64,000 nucleotides of DNA, taken from NCBI GenBank assembly GCA_964195545.1, contig CAXMQQ010000006.1, forward strand, positions 27,900 through 91,899, read 5' to 3'. Position numbers and translations under genes: made by a program. The notes under the pieces are model-generated. The model saw only the letters and a list, made by a program, of their open reading frames with translations, searched no databases and was not told the DNA's origin. Positions 47,197-56,431 of this stretch are shown piece by piece. The first letter of the stretch is position 1. Each line of letters starts with the position of its first letter. The stretch is from an uncultured Acidimicrobiia bacterium (GTDB lineage: Bacteria; Actinomycetota; Acidimicrobiia; Spongiisociales; UBA5794).

Positions 47197-49035
47197 ATGG
47201 AAGGACCATCCGTCGTGCAGACGCCCACACTGCTTCCGCCCACGACCATTGTGGTGAATCGATACCACGTGGATCTGACCAATGAGGCGGTCCGGTTCGA
47301 GCCGGTGCAGAGTGAGGACCTTGAGGACGCTCTCGGTGGCATCGCGCGGGCAACCAAGCTGCTTGCCGGCGTTGTCGTCGACGACCCCTACGCCCCCTCC
47401 TCGCCACTCGTCATGAACCTTGGTCTGCTGAGCGGTACCAGGGTCATGACCGGGCTACGGACGTTCTTCCACGGATACTCCCCCCTGAAGGTCTCCGACA
47501 GCGGATCCCCCGGCCTGAGGTGGAGTGCCGGGAGCGGTCACTTCGGGGCCAAGCTGCGAGGTCTCGGCATTGATGAAGTGATCTTCACCGGCCGGGCCGA
47601 ACGGCCAACGTTGTTGCACCTCACACCGGGCGAGGACGGCGAACCCGCGGCCTTCGAGTTCTTGGATGCATCGGACCTCTCGGGCGCGACCGTCAATGAG
47701 CGCATCCAGGGCCTGCATGGTCGCTTTCCTCGAGCTCATTTCGCGGCGGTCGGCCCCGCTGCCGAACACTACGAATCGGTGCGCTATGCATCGATCGCAC
47801 TATCGAGCGACAACCAGCTCGAGAGTGGGGATGCGAAACCACGATTCTGCGGTCGTGGCGGCTACGGCGGCGTGATGGCGTCGAAGAACCTGTGGGCGAT
47901 CGCTGCCGACGGCCCCGACCCGGCTCGGACACGGGGTCTTCGGGACATCAACCGTGAAATCAACCTCGGACCAGGCAGCGCTCGGTATCGGGATCTCGAG
48001 GACGATCGCGGTGGCACCTGGAGGACGATGTTGTGGATGCACGAAGAGCAGGCAATCCCTGAATTCAATTATGCGCCGACGAACACCGACGCTGCTGTGG
48101 TGCTGTGCCGGCCGAGCGTGGAGGCGGGGCCGTACGAGGTCAAGGCTGAGGGCTGCTACCTCTGTGGGATTCGTTGCCACAAGAACGTCTACGACGAAGG
48201 CCAGGATGGTGACATCGGGAGGTACCGAGCGAAGGTCGACTACGAGCCGATCACCCTGTTGTCGTCGAATCTGGGTATCTACGATCCAGATGCGGTCCTT
48301 TCACTCATTCATCTTTCCGACGAACTCGGGCTGGACTCGATCTCTCTCGGCGTGACCCTCGGCTACGTGATGGACTACAACCGGCGCAACAATGGAGATT
48401 TGGTCGGAGGTCTCAGCTTCGGCGATACCGCCGGTGTGGACCGTGCGATCCGGGCGGTCGCACGGGGAGACCTTCCCGAGCTCGGTCAGGGAGTCAGGCG
48501 ACTGGCAGACGAGACAGGCGAGGCCGGGTACGCGATGCACTCGAAGGGTGTCGAGTACCCCGCCTTCCCGCCCCACATCAATCCGGGGTTCCCCTGGGCG
48601 CTCGCTGGCGGACACATGTCGATGCGCACCTTCATGCTTTTCATAAGTGAGAAGCAGACGGATCTGGAATACTGGGTCAACGCCATCACCGAATCGGGTC
48701 CGTTGTACCTGATGGATGACATCACTGGCTTGTGCAAGTTCGCGAACCTCTCGCCGGACGTCGAAGCCGACGCGCTGCGGATCGCCACCGGCCTCGACAT
48801 CACCGCCGACGATCTCGTCGATGTCGTGATGAATACCCAACTGCGCGGGTACGCCAACGAGCGGCGGCAGGGATTCGACGTCAACGACTACCGCCTCCCA
48901 GCTGAGGCCCACGGACCGTTGGGAGATTCGGAAATCGGCGTCTTCAACACACCCGAGTTCTTCGACCAGCTTCGGACGATGGTGATGGAGAGGATGGATC
49001 GGCGGGTCGCGGCAGCCGGATTCTCCTCAGCGTGA
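47197..49035 (+). CDS. Aldehyde:ferredoxin oxidoreductase (AOR) family protein
   Basis: AOR N-terminal domain and a 4Fe-4S Cys motif (CYLCGIRC). About 610 aa from the ATG at 47197. Confidence 0.88.
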   Translation: MEGPSVVQTPTLLPPTTIVVNRYHVDLTNEAVRFEPVQSEDLEDALGGIARATKLLAGVVVDDPYAPSSPLVMNLGLLSGTRVMTGLRTFFHGYSPLKVSDSGSPGLRWSAGSGHFGAKLRGLGIDEVIFTGRAERPTLLHLTPGEDGEPAAFEFLDASDLSGATVNERIQGLHGRFPRAHFAAVGPAAEHYESVRYASIALSSDNQLESGDAKPRFCGRGGYGGVMASKNLWAIAADGPDPARTRGLRDINREINLGPGSARYRDLEDDRGGTWRTMLWMHEEQAIPEFNYAPTNTDAAVVLCRPSVEAGPYEVKAEGCYLCGIRCHKNVYDEGQDGDIGRYRAKVDYEPITLLSSNLGIYDPDAVLSLIHLSDELGLDSISLGVTLGYVMDYNRRNNGDLVGGLSFGDTAGVDRAIRAVARGDLPELGQGVRRLADETGEAGYAMHSKGVEYPAFPPHINPGFPWALAGGHMSMRTFMLFISEKQTDLEYWVNAITESGPLYLMDDITGLCKFANLSPDVEADALRIATGLDITADDLVDVVMNTQLRGYANERRQGFDVNDYRLPAEAHGPLGDSEIGVFNTPEFFDQLRTMVMERMDRRVAAAGFSSA

Positions 49036-49064
49036 CTCCGACGACGTGAGTAACGTCGATGTAG

Positions 49065-49937
49065 ATGAGCTTGCTCTCCTTCGCCAACGATCTTGAGATC
49101 GATCACCCGATCATGCTTCTGGCAATGTCCGGATGGGTCGATGCCGCGTCGGTCGGAACCGACGCAATCGATCTCATCGCAGAAGACGGCGATGTGGTTG
49201 CTGCGTTCGAACCCGATGCACTCTTCGACTACCGGTCGTCGCGTCCCGTACTGAACTTCTCTTCCGGCGAGCTGACCGAGATCTCGTGGCCGAGTCTCGA
49301 GATCGTCCAGCGGAGGATCGATGGGGTCGACTTGCTTATCGTCCACGGACACGAGCCGGACTTCCGGTGGCAGGAGCTGACACGAGAGTTCGTCGAACTC
49401 ACCAAACGATACAACGTGAGCCGGTTCGTGACCCTCGGCGCCGTGCCGGCCCCGGTGCCACATACACGTCCGGTAAGGGTCGTGTGCACGACGTCAGATC
49501 CCGGGTTGCTTCGCGATGCCGACGAAGTCCTGCCTAACGATCTCGTGGTTCCGGGCGCGGCGGTCAGCGTGCTTCGGCAGGGGGTCGCAGATGCCGGCAT
49601 CCCGGCGATCGGCTATTGGGTGCAGACCCCTCACTACATCCAAAGTCCGTTCCATCCGGGCGTATTGAGCCTGATAGGGCGCGTCGGAGACCAGGTCGGC
49701 GTCACGTTCCCGATCGCGGATCTAGAGGAGAAGGCCGCCTCACAGCTCGAGGAGATCGATCGCGATCTCTCGGAGCGCGCCGATGCCAGGGAGTACGTGG
49801 AGCGTCTCGAGCAGATGCAGGATCGGCAGGATGAGCAGGATGAGCCGCCACCCGCCTTCTCCTTCGAAGACATCCCATCCCCCGACGAGATCGGCGCAGA
49901 AGTAGAGAGATTCCTGAGAGCCACAGGGGATGAGTAG
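49065..49937 (+). CDS. PAC2 (proteasome assembly chaperone 2-like) family protein
   Basis: PIMLLAMSGWVDAASVG N-terminal pattern and an acidic C-terminal tail, as in actinobacterial PAC2 proteins. Confidence 0.85.
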   Translation: MSLLSFANDLEIDHPIMLLAMSGWVDAASVGTDAIDLIAEDGDVVAAFEPDALFDYRSSRPVLNFSSGELTEISWPSLEIVQRRIDGVDLLIVHGHEPDFRWQELTREFVELTKRYNVSRFVTLGAVPAPVPHTRPVRVVCTTSDPGLLRDADEVLPNDLVVPGAAVSVLRQGVADAGIPAIGYWVQTPHYIQSPFHPGVLSLIGRVGDQVGVTFPIADLEEKAASQLEEIDRDLSERADAREYVERLEQMQDRQDEQDEPPPAFSFEDIPSPDEIGAEVERFLRATGDE

Positions 49938-49973
49938 AGAGCAGAAAGAAGCAGGAGGCTTCACCGACCTGCA

Positions 49974-49994
49974 GACTGCCGACTGCCGACTGCC
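49974..49994. repeat. Heptanucleotide tandem array H2
   Basis: GACTGCC x3 perfect. The reverse complement reads GGCAGTC x3, which in another phase is AGTCGGC AGTCGGC AGTCTGC. Confidence 0.85.
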
Positions 49995-50009
49995 GAGCAC
50001 GAAGTGCTC
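49995..50009. terminator. Short hairpin between convergent genes
   Basis: GAGCAC-GAA-GTGCTC: perfect 6-bp stem, next to the FHA gene stop. No U-tract. Confidence 0.4.
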
Positions 50010-50011
50010 GC

Positions 50012-50569
50012 TCAGCTACCGACTACTCCGACGAAGAGGGTCAGGATCGCGAGGACCGCTGTTACCGCGATCATCGCCCACACCGACCAGGTGAGGCCCT
50101 TGATCGACTTCACCGTGTCGTTGAGAGAGGCGATCAGATCATCGAGTCGTGGGTCGACACTTCCGGGGGCGGCAGCGGGCGCCGCGGGAGCAACGCGAGT
50201 TCGTTGCGCGGGAGCTGGAGCTGTCGCCTTTGCTGCAACGGTTGGTGCCTTCGAATCGGCCGATGGCTTTGACGCCGTGGCGACCGGGGTGAGAACGATT
50301 TCGGTACCTTCTGCCGGGTGACCGAGGCGGATCGTCGTCGGACCCTTGATGTCGAGGGCCTGGATGCGAGCGCCGTTGTGGAACGTACCGTTGCGGCTCG
50401 AAGCATCCTGCACGACCCAGTGGGAACCGTCGTACTTGACGACAGCGTGCCGTCGCGAGATTCCGGGGCGCGCCACGTTGATCGATGCGGCGGAATCCGC
50501 GCCGATCACAGCCGTCGTTCCCGCAGCAACGGTGACATCTTTGCCTGCACCGGTGACTCTCAGGTCCAT
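50012..50569 (-). CDS. FHA-domain protein with C-terminal membrane anchor
   Basis: FHA core (ISRRHAVVKYDGSHWVVQDASSRNGTFHNG), an Ala/Pro linker and a C-terminal TM helix. Confidence 0.85.
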   Translation of the reverse strand: MDLRVTGAGKDVTVAAGTTAVIGADSAASINVARPGISRRHAVVKYDGSHWVVQDASSRNGTFHNGARIQALDIKGPTTIRLGHPAEGTEIVLTPVATASKPSADSKAPTVAAKATAPAPAQRTRVAPAAPAAAPGSVDPRLDDLIASLNDTVKSIKGLTWSVWAMIAVTAVLAILTLFVGVVGS

Positions 50570-50653
50570 GACCCCCCAATCGAGTGAACTGGTTGAGTCC
50601 CGAAATCTAGTGGTGCTTGGTGCTACAACCGAAACTGACTTTCGAATGACCGG

Positions 50654-51769
50654 CTACAGGGGGAGAGATGCCCTGACGGACGTTCCGGAATCGGCGGTGG
50701 AATCGATGGATATCTGGCCTCCGGCGCGTGTGGCACGTTCCCTGAGATTCGTGAGGCCGAGCCCCCATGCGACCTCTGCGGGATCGAAGCCGACTCCGTT
50801 GTCGGAGATCCGGAGCGCCAGGCGGTCATCCCCACCGTGGATCTCGATGGCGACGCGATCTGCGTTGGAGTGTCGGAGAGAGTTGCTCAGCGATTCACGC
50901 ACCAGTTGAGTTGCGTCGTCGATGACGTGTTGTGGGAGCGCGTCGAGTGACCCGGTGTAGGCGACGTGGACTTCCGTGTCATGGGGCCCTGCGAGCCGGG
51001 TGACGAGCTCGCGAAGTTCCGAGCGAAGCGTCCGTTGTCCTCCAGCGGGCGCACCAAGATCGAAGATGAACCCCCGCAGGGACGTGATCGTGCGGTCAAG
51101 ACTCTCGACATCCTGCTCGAGCGCACGTCTGATAGCGGGATCGACGACCTTGAGGGCCTGACCCTGGAGAGAGAGTCCAACGGCGAAGAGGTCCTGGATG
51201 ATGGCGTCGTGGAGATCGCGGGCGATTCGCTCCCGATCCTCGGCCACGGCGAAACTTTGGAGCCTTTGCTGGAGTCTCACCGTCCTGACGGCGGTCCCGG
51301 CGATCATCGCCAGCGCCTCAACGAGGGCTTCGTCCTCCTCGGTGAACCCGCCTTCCTTGTCGGTGAGATAGAGGTTGCCGAATAGGTTCGGACCGGCGCG
51401 CACGGGCACGCCGAGGAACGAACCCATCTGGGGGTGATGCGTGGGCATGCCGGTGGATGCAGGATGCTGGGAGAGGTCGTCGATTCGAACTGTCTCGCCC
51501 TCACGCGAGATCAGACCGAGCAGACCGCGACCCTGGGGAGGTGCGCCGATGGTCTCGGCCTTCTCCGGATCGAGACCGGCGTGTACGAAGTCGACCAGCC
51601 CACCGTGTTGACCGACCACACCAAGGGCAGCATGAGGCGCCCCGGTGAGATCCATCGCGATCTCAACCGTCGTCGCCAGAATCGCCTGAAGGTCTGTCTG
51701 TCCGGCTACGGCGGCTGCGCCCTCAACAAGGTCGCGGAGCCGGGCCGGTGTGAACTGTCGCAACACCAC
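50654..51769 (-). CDS. Cytoplasmic GAF-domain sensor histidine kinase (HisKA_3 type)
   Basis: N-terminal GAF domain, H-box ERIARDLHDAIIQ, HATPase N and G boxes (DNGVGF, GLGLTNLRER). Confidence 0.9.
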   Translation of the reverse strand: MVLRQFTPARLRDLVEGAAAVAGQTDLQAILATTVEIAMDLTGAPHAALGVVGQHGGLVDFVHAGLDPEKAETIGAPPQGRGLLGLISREGETVRIDDLSQHPASTGMPTHHPQMGSFLGVPVRAGPNLFGNLYLTDKEGGFTEEDEALVEALAMIAGTAVRTVRLQQRLQSFAVAEDRERIARDLHDAIIQDLFAVGLSLQGQALKVVDPAIRRALEQDVESLDRTITSLRGFIFDLGAPAGGQRTLRSELRELVTRLAGPHDTEVHVAYTGSLDALPQHVIDDATQLVRESLSNSLRHSNADRVAIEIHGGDDRLALRISDNGVGFDPAEVAWGLGLTNLRERATRAGGQISIDSTADSGTSVRASLPL

Positions 51770-51888
51770 GGGTGCAGGCTACTCGGTCCCAGAACCGGCC
51801 ATTCGGCCCTCCCCTGGACCCCGGGGCTGTTGGACGACCGATCGCCCTGCTCATCCGTCAGTCCCCGAGGATGCAGTAAGTTGCGGGC

Positions 51889-52584
51889 GTGCCTCGAAAG
51901 AAGAAGACCCCGGGTTTGCTTCGAGTCGTCCTCGTCGACGACCACGAGGTCGTTCGCCGTGGACTCCGATCGCTCATCGACTCGTACGATGACCTCACGG
52001 TGGTTGGCGAAGCCGGGACGGCCAAAGAAGGGGTTCGCCGCGTCGGATATGACGCTCCCGATGTTGTCGTCATGGACGTTCGGCTACCGGACGGGTCCGG
52101 CGTCGAGGCTTGCCGTGAGATCGTCGACCGCTGGCCCGCAGTCGGCGTACTCATCCTCACGTCGTTTGCCGACGAAGAAGCGCTGATGTCGGCGATCATG
52201 GCGGGCGCCGCTGGATACATCTTGAAACGAATCGACGCCGAGGCTCTCATAGACAGCATAAGGAGAGTCGGCGCTGGCGAGACCCTGCTCGACCCGGCCA
52301 TGGCCGAACCTCTCTTCGACCGACTGCGGGGACACACCGTCGACGATCCCCTCATCCGAAGATTGTCTCCACAGGAACGACGCATCCTCGATCTCATCGC
52401 CGATGGGAAGACGAACCGTCAGATCGCGGAGGAGATGTTCCTCGCCGAGAAGACGGTGAAGAACTACGTGTCGAACCTTCTCGCAAAGATGGAGATGTCG
52501 CGGCGCAGCGAAGCAGCGGCATACGCCGCCAGGGTTGCGACCCGACACGAGCATCAGTATCCGCCGGAGGAGTGGACCCAGTGA
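51889..52584 (+). CDS. NarL/LuxR-family response regulator
   Basis: Receiver domain (VVLVDDHEVVR ... DVVVMDVRLPDGSG) and a LuxR HTH (TNRQIAEEMFLAEKTVKNYVSNLL). Confidence 0.92.
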   Translation: MPRKKKTPGLLRVVLVDDHEVVRRGLRSLIDSYDDLTVVGEAGTAKEGVRRVGYDAPDVVVMDVRLPDGSGVEACREIVDRWPAVGVLILTSFADEEALMSAIMAGAAGYILKRIDAEALIDSIRRVGAGETLLDPAMAEPLFDRLRGHTVDDPLIRRLSPQERRILDLIADGKTNRQIAEEMFLAEKTVKNYVSNLLAKMEMSRRSEAAAYAARVATRHEHQYPPEEWTQ

Positions 52585-52629
52585 GTGCCGACCCGGGAGA
52601 GATCCCGACATTCGAGTAGGGAGCGTGGC

Positions 52630-53286
52630 ATGAGAGTGGTCGACGTCATGACAACCGAGGTCGAGAAGGCGCATCCCGATTGGTCGTTGAAGCAAGCAGC
52701 CCGAGCGATGATCGACCATGGGGTATCCGGTCTCCCGGTTGTTGGAGACGATGGCATCGTGGTTGGGATCATCACCGAGGCCGACTTCATCGAAGCCGAA
52801 GCCGATCGAGCGATGGGGCGTCGACGCCTCTTTGACACGGTGTTCGGAGAGAAGAAGACGAGAGTGCCATCGACCGTGGGTGCGGTGATGACAGAGTCCC
52901 CGCTGGTCGTTGAGCGCAACACGATGCTCTCGGAAGCGGCTCGCATCATGACCGACAGGAATGTGAAGCGTCTCCCGGTCGTTGATCCGGACGGGCGCCT
53001 CGAGGGGATCGTGAGCCGGGGGGATATCCTGGTCGCCTTTGCCAGGGACGACGACGCAATCGCAGCGGACGTCGAGCGCGGTGTCGTCCGAAGAATCCTG
53101 ATGTTCGATGCGCCCGATGTGTCGGTCAGGGTCACAGAGGGTGTCGTGACGCTAACCGGGGAAGTTCCGACGAGAAGTGACGCCAGGCTGCTCGAGGAGC
53201 TCGTGAGTCGCGTTGAGGGTGTCATTCGGTACGAGAGCGATCTCAGTTGGGCCTTCGATGACGTCACCGCCGGTCCGTTGGCATAG
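52630..53286 (+). CDS. CBS-pair plus BON domain protein
   Basis: Two CBS motifs (VSGLPVV..GIITEAD and VKRLPVV..GIVSRGD) and a C-terminal BON-like segment. ATG at 52630. Confidence 0.85.
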   Translation: MRVVDVMTTEVEKAHPDWSLKQAARAMIDHGVSGLPVVGDDGIVVGIITEADFIEAEADRAMGRRRLFDTVFGEKKTRVPSTVGAVMTESPLVVERNTMLSEAARIMTDRNVKRLPVVDPDGRLEGIVSRGDILVAFARDDDAIAADVERGVVRRILMFDAPDVSVRVTEGVVTLTGEVPTRSDARLLEELVSRVEGVIRYESDLSWAFDDVTAGPLA

Positions 53287-53349
53287 CCGAGCGGTGGGCA
53301 TCAGCGGGAACAATCTGGCCAGCCGCTTCGTTGCTCGTAGTGAATCGCG

Positions 53350-53649
53350 ATGCGGAGCTGCGACATGGTGCCTGTAACCGACGACGTGTTCTTCGATGCC
53401 AGGGAACCTTGGTACGAACAAGCTGCGTGCGCCTCGTACCCGGCGGGGGTGTTCTTCCCTCCCAGCGAGATTCCGTTGGCGGCGAATCAGGCGAAAGCTA
53501 TCTGCGAAGCGTGTCCTGTGCGCGAGGAGTGCCTCTCATTTGCTCTCGAGACGGCGCAAATTGAGGGCGTCTGGGGTGGGATGGATGCAGGGGAACGTCG
53601 GCGGCTGCGCCGCCGACGCCGGGATCAGGACCGACGCAAAGCCTCTTGA
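53350..53649 (+). CDS. WhiB-family transcriptional regulator
   Basis: Four Cys (C-x(n)-CEACPVREEC), a GVWGG turn and a basic tail RRRLRRRRR. Confidence 0.88.
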   Translation: MRSCDMVPVTDDVFFDAREPWYEQAACASYPAGVFFPPSEIPLAANQAKAICEACPVREECLSFALETAQIEGVWGGMDAGERRRLRRRRRDQDRRKAS

Positions 53650-53673
53650 CAGCTATTCGCAGGGTGGCGTTGA

Positions 53674-54462
53674 TTGATTACCATGCCTGGGATGAAGACC
53701 AAGAAGTACGAGAAGAAGCTGACCAATCTTGAAGTCGAGCTTGCGAAACTGCAGGCCTGGGTCAAAGACCAGGGCCTCCGGGTCGTCGTCATCTTCGAAG
53801 GCAGGGACGCCGCCGGCAAAGGTGGGACGATCAAGACGATCACTCGCAGACTGAACCCAAGGATCGTCAGAACAGTTGCGCTACCCATCCCGACTGACCG
53901 TGAGAAGACGCAGTGGTACCTCCAGCGCTACGTCGCTCACCTCCCGGCCGCCGGAGAGATAGTTCTCTTCGATCGCTCCTGGTACAACCGGTTGAACGTG
54001 GAGCGGGTGATGGGGTTCTGCACCGATGATCAGTACGAGCAGTTCCTCGCACTCTGCCCGGCATTCGAGCAGGAGATCACGGATGACGGGATCCACCTCA
54101 TCAAGTATTGGCTTCACACAAGCGACGATGAGCAGGAACGCCGTTTCCAGGCACGGAACACCGATCCGAAGAAGCGGTGGAAGCTCAGCCCGATGGATCT
54201 GACGGCGCGGTCCCGATGGGTCGACTACTCGCGCGCCCGTGACGTGACTTTCGAGCGCACGAGCACGGATTGGGCGCCGTGGCACTTTGCTGATCTCGAG
54301 GACAAGAAGGCCGGGCGACTCAACGTCATTAGTCACCTCCTCAGCCAGATCCCCTACGAAGACCTGACGCCGGGTCCGCTCGACCTCCCGGAGCGGCAAC
54401 AAGCCGCAAGCTACGAAGAGCCGGACTGGTCGGCCCTGGAAATTCCGAGAGGGTTCGAGTAG
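53674..54462 (+). CDS. ppk2: Polyphosphate kinase 2 (single-domain)
   Basis: Walker A FEGRDAAGKGG and a PPK2 lid region. The start may be the ATG at 53683 or 53692. Confidence 0.9.
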   Translation: MITMPGMKTKKYEKKLTNLEVELAKLQAWVKDQGLRVVVIFEGRDAAGKGGTIKTITRRLNPRIVRTVALPIPTDREKTQWYLQRYVAHLPAAGEIVLFDRSWYNRLNVERVMGFCTDDQYEQFLALCPAFEQEITDDGIHLIKYWLHTSDDEQERRFQARNTDPKKRWKLSPMDLTARSRWVDYSRARDVTFERTSTDWAPWHFADLEDKKAGRLNVISHLLSQIPYEDLTPGPLDLPERQQAASYEEPDWSALEIPRGFE

Positions 54463-54495
54463 GCGTCAAGGCGGCGGCCAGGGTCCGGTGTCCGT

Positions 54496-54524
54496 CGGAG
54501 GGTCGTTGCACAAACGACCGTCCG
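54496..54524 (+). terminator. Hairpin downstream of ppk2
   Basis: CGGAGGGTCGTT-GCACA-AACGACCGTCCG: 12-bp stem with one mismatch. Confidence 0.45.
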
Positions 54525-54564
54525 CCATACAATTGCGTTCTACCTTGACCAACCGGGGGACGCC

Positions 54565-56283
54565 GTGCGCCGCTTCTTGATCTCGATCGTGATCGCAGTA
54601 CCGGTCGTGCTCGTGCTCGCCTTCTTCGGCGCATACGCGTACGACGAGGTTCTGCACCCGGACCGTGTCGGGCGCAACGTCACAGCGTCGGGCGTCGATC
54701 TCTCGGGGCTCTCCACCGAAGATGCCCTCGCGACTGTTGCCGACTACGAGGAACGACTCGTTGCCGCCCCGGCGCCCTTCATCGTCGACGGTGAAGAAGC
54801 AACGCTCGATCCGGCGGCCGTGGGGCTCTCGGTAGATGAGCAGGCTGTGGTCGACGATGCCCTCGCGCAACGACGCGACGGTGGGTTCTTCTACGATCTT
54901 GTCGGGTGGGTCAGAGCTTGGGGTTCTCCGATAGCGATCGTGATCCCAACAACCATCGACGAGGAGATGGCTGAAGTCGTGCTCTTCGACTGGGATCGGT
55001 CCCTTGTGGACCAACCGGCATACGAAGGCGCCGTGCTACTGGAGGGAGTGGTGGCAGTACCGGAGTATCCACGTCCGGGTTCTCTCCTTGACCGTCCGCC
55101 GTCGTTCGCTGCGATTGCCGCCTCGCTCGACACGTTCGACCGGCTGCCGGTTGCGCTGCCGTTGACCGATCTTGATCCCACCATCACGAACGTCGACGTC
55201 GATATCGCCGTCGCACGGGCCAACGATCTGATCGGCGAGCCGGTGTTTCTCTGGAGAGAGGGCTTCCCAGGCCGCATGGCATTCACGTCTGCCGGTCTCG
55301 CGTCGGCGTTGCGGAGTGAGATCGCTGTCAAATCGCCTGCGGCTTTCGTGGTGGGGTTGGACGAGGACGTGCTTCGCGAGCTTGCAGAACAGAACGCGGA
55401 TCGATTCGTCAGCGAACCAATTGACGCTTCGTTCACGTTCGACAAGGACTCGCTTGCGATCAGGATCGTCCCATCCGTGGACGGTGTTGTTGTTGATGTC
55501 GATGCCGTTCCTGGTGTGGTCATTGACGCGGCCCTCGACACCGGTGCGGCGCGAATGCCCACGATGACCGGTGTCTTGCCGGCGTTGACGACGGAGATGG
55601 CTGAGGAGATGGGCCCGTTCGACGAAGTCTCCGCGTTCACGACCTATCACCCCTGCTGTGCGAACCGCGTTACGAATATCCAACTCCTCGCAGATGAGAT
55701 CGACGGCTCGATCGTCATGCCCGGAGAGATCTTCTCGGTCAATGACACAGCCGGGAAGCGGACGCTTGCCGAGGGGTATGTCCGTGCAGGAGCGATCATC
55801 AGCGGCGAGGTGTCGTGCTGTGACAGTCCGATCAACATCGGCGGAGGTACGAGCCAGTTCGCGACGACGTTCTACAACGCAGTCTTCTTCGGGTGCTACG
55901 AGGACATCGAGCACAGGCCGCACAGCATCCACTTCAGTCGGTATCCGTATGTTCGGGAGGCGACGCTCGGGTTCCCCGCTCCGGATGTGAAGTTCCTCAA
56001 CGACTCGGCGGCCCCGGCCTTCATCGATACGTCACATACGGGCGGATCGATCACGGTGACCTTCTATGGGAACAACGGTGGCCGAACGTGCACGTCGGAG
56101 CGATCGGGCAATACGATCACTCGCGTGATGACCCACCCCGACAACACGGTCACCACCCAATCGTGGAGTTGGAACTACAAGCCGCTGAAACGGCCAACAA
56201 CAACGACGACGCCAGCCGCGACCACGACGACAGTTGCGCCTCCGACGACAGTTGCGCCTCCGACGACAGTTACGGTTCCGTGA
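54565..56283 (+). CDS. VanW family protein with Pro/Thr-rich C-terminus
   Basis: N-terminal TM helix and a VanW core (FSVNDTAGKRT..GYVRAGAI). GTG start. Confidence 0.85.
   Translation: MRRFLISIVIAVPVVLVLAFFGAYAYDEVLHPDRVGRNVTASGVDLSGLSTEDALATVADYEERLVAAPAPFIVDGEEATLDPAAVGLSVDEQAVVDDALAQRRDGGFFYDLVGWVRAWGSPIAIVIPTTIDEEMAEVVLFDWDRSLVDQPAYEGAVLLEGVVAVPEYPRPGSLLDRPPSFAAIAASLDTFDRLPVALPLTDLDPTITNVDVDIAVARANDLIGEPVFLWREGFPGRMAFTSAGLASALRSEIAVKSPAAFVVGLDEDVLRELAEQNADRFVSEPIDASFTFDKDSLAIRIVPSVDGVVVDVDAVPGVVIDAALDTGAARMPTMTGVLPALTTEMAEEMGPFDEVSAFTTYHPCCANRVTNIQLLADEIDGSIVMPGEIFSVNDTAGKRTLAEGYVRAGAIISGEVSCCDSPINIGGGTSQFATTFYNAVFFGCYEDIEHRPHSIHFSRYPYVREATLGFPAPDVKFLNDSAAPAFIDTSHTGGSITVTFYGNNGGRTCTSERSGNTITRVMTHPDNTVTTQSWSWNYKPLKRPTTTTTPAATTTTVAPPTTVAPPTTVTVP
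56227..56280 (+). repeat. In-frame 18-bp tandem repeat x3 at the 3-prime end of the VanW gene
   Basis: ACGACAGTTGCGCCTCCG x2, then ACGACAGTTACGGTTCCG. Encodes TTVAPP TTVAPP TTVTVP. Confidence 0.85.
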
Positions 56284-56291
56284 CCTCCTCT

Positions 56292-56310
56292 TCCTCCCCC
56301 TCAGGGGGAG
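56292..56310 (+). terminator. Hairpin just after the VanW stop
   Basis: CCTCCCCC-TCA-GGGGGAGG: perfect 8-bp stem. Confidence 0.45.
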
Positions 56311-56431
56311 GTGCCGACAAAGGAGGCGGAGGGGGTCAAGCGCCGAGGTTGAACGGAACTGTCTCACCCCTCCCGTCAGCGCCCGGCGGCACCGCCGCCC
56401 TCACCTGAAGGGAGGGATGGATCCTCAGCTG

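Noticed and set aside
51770-51888. A DosR-box-like palindrome (TTSGGGACTWWAGTCCCSAA) in the divergent kinase/regulator spacer.
   Set aside because: Only a single GGGACC half-site-like string is present (reverse strand near 51787), with no inverted partner.
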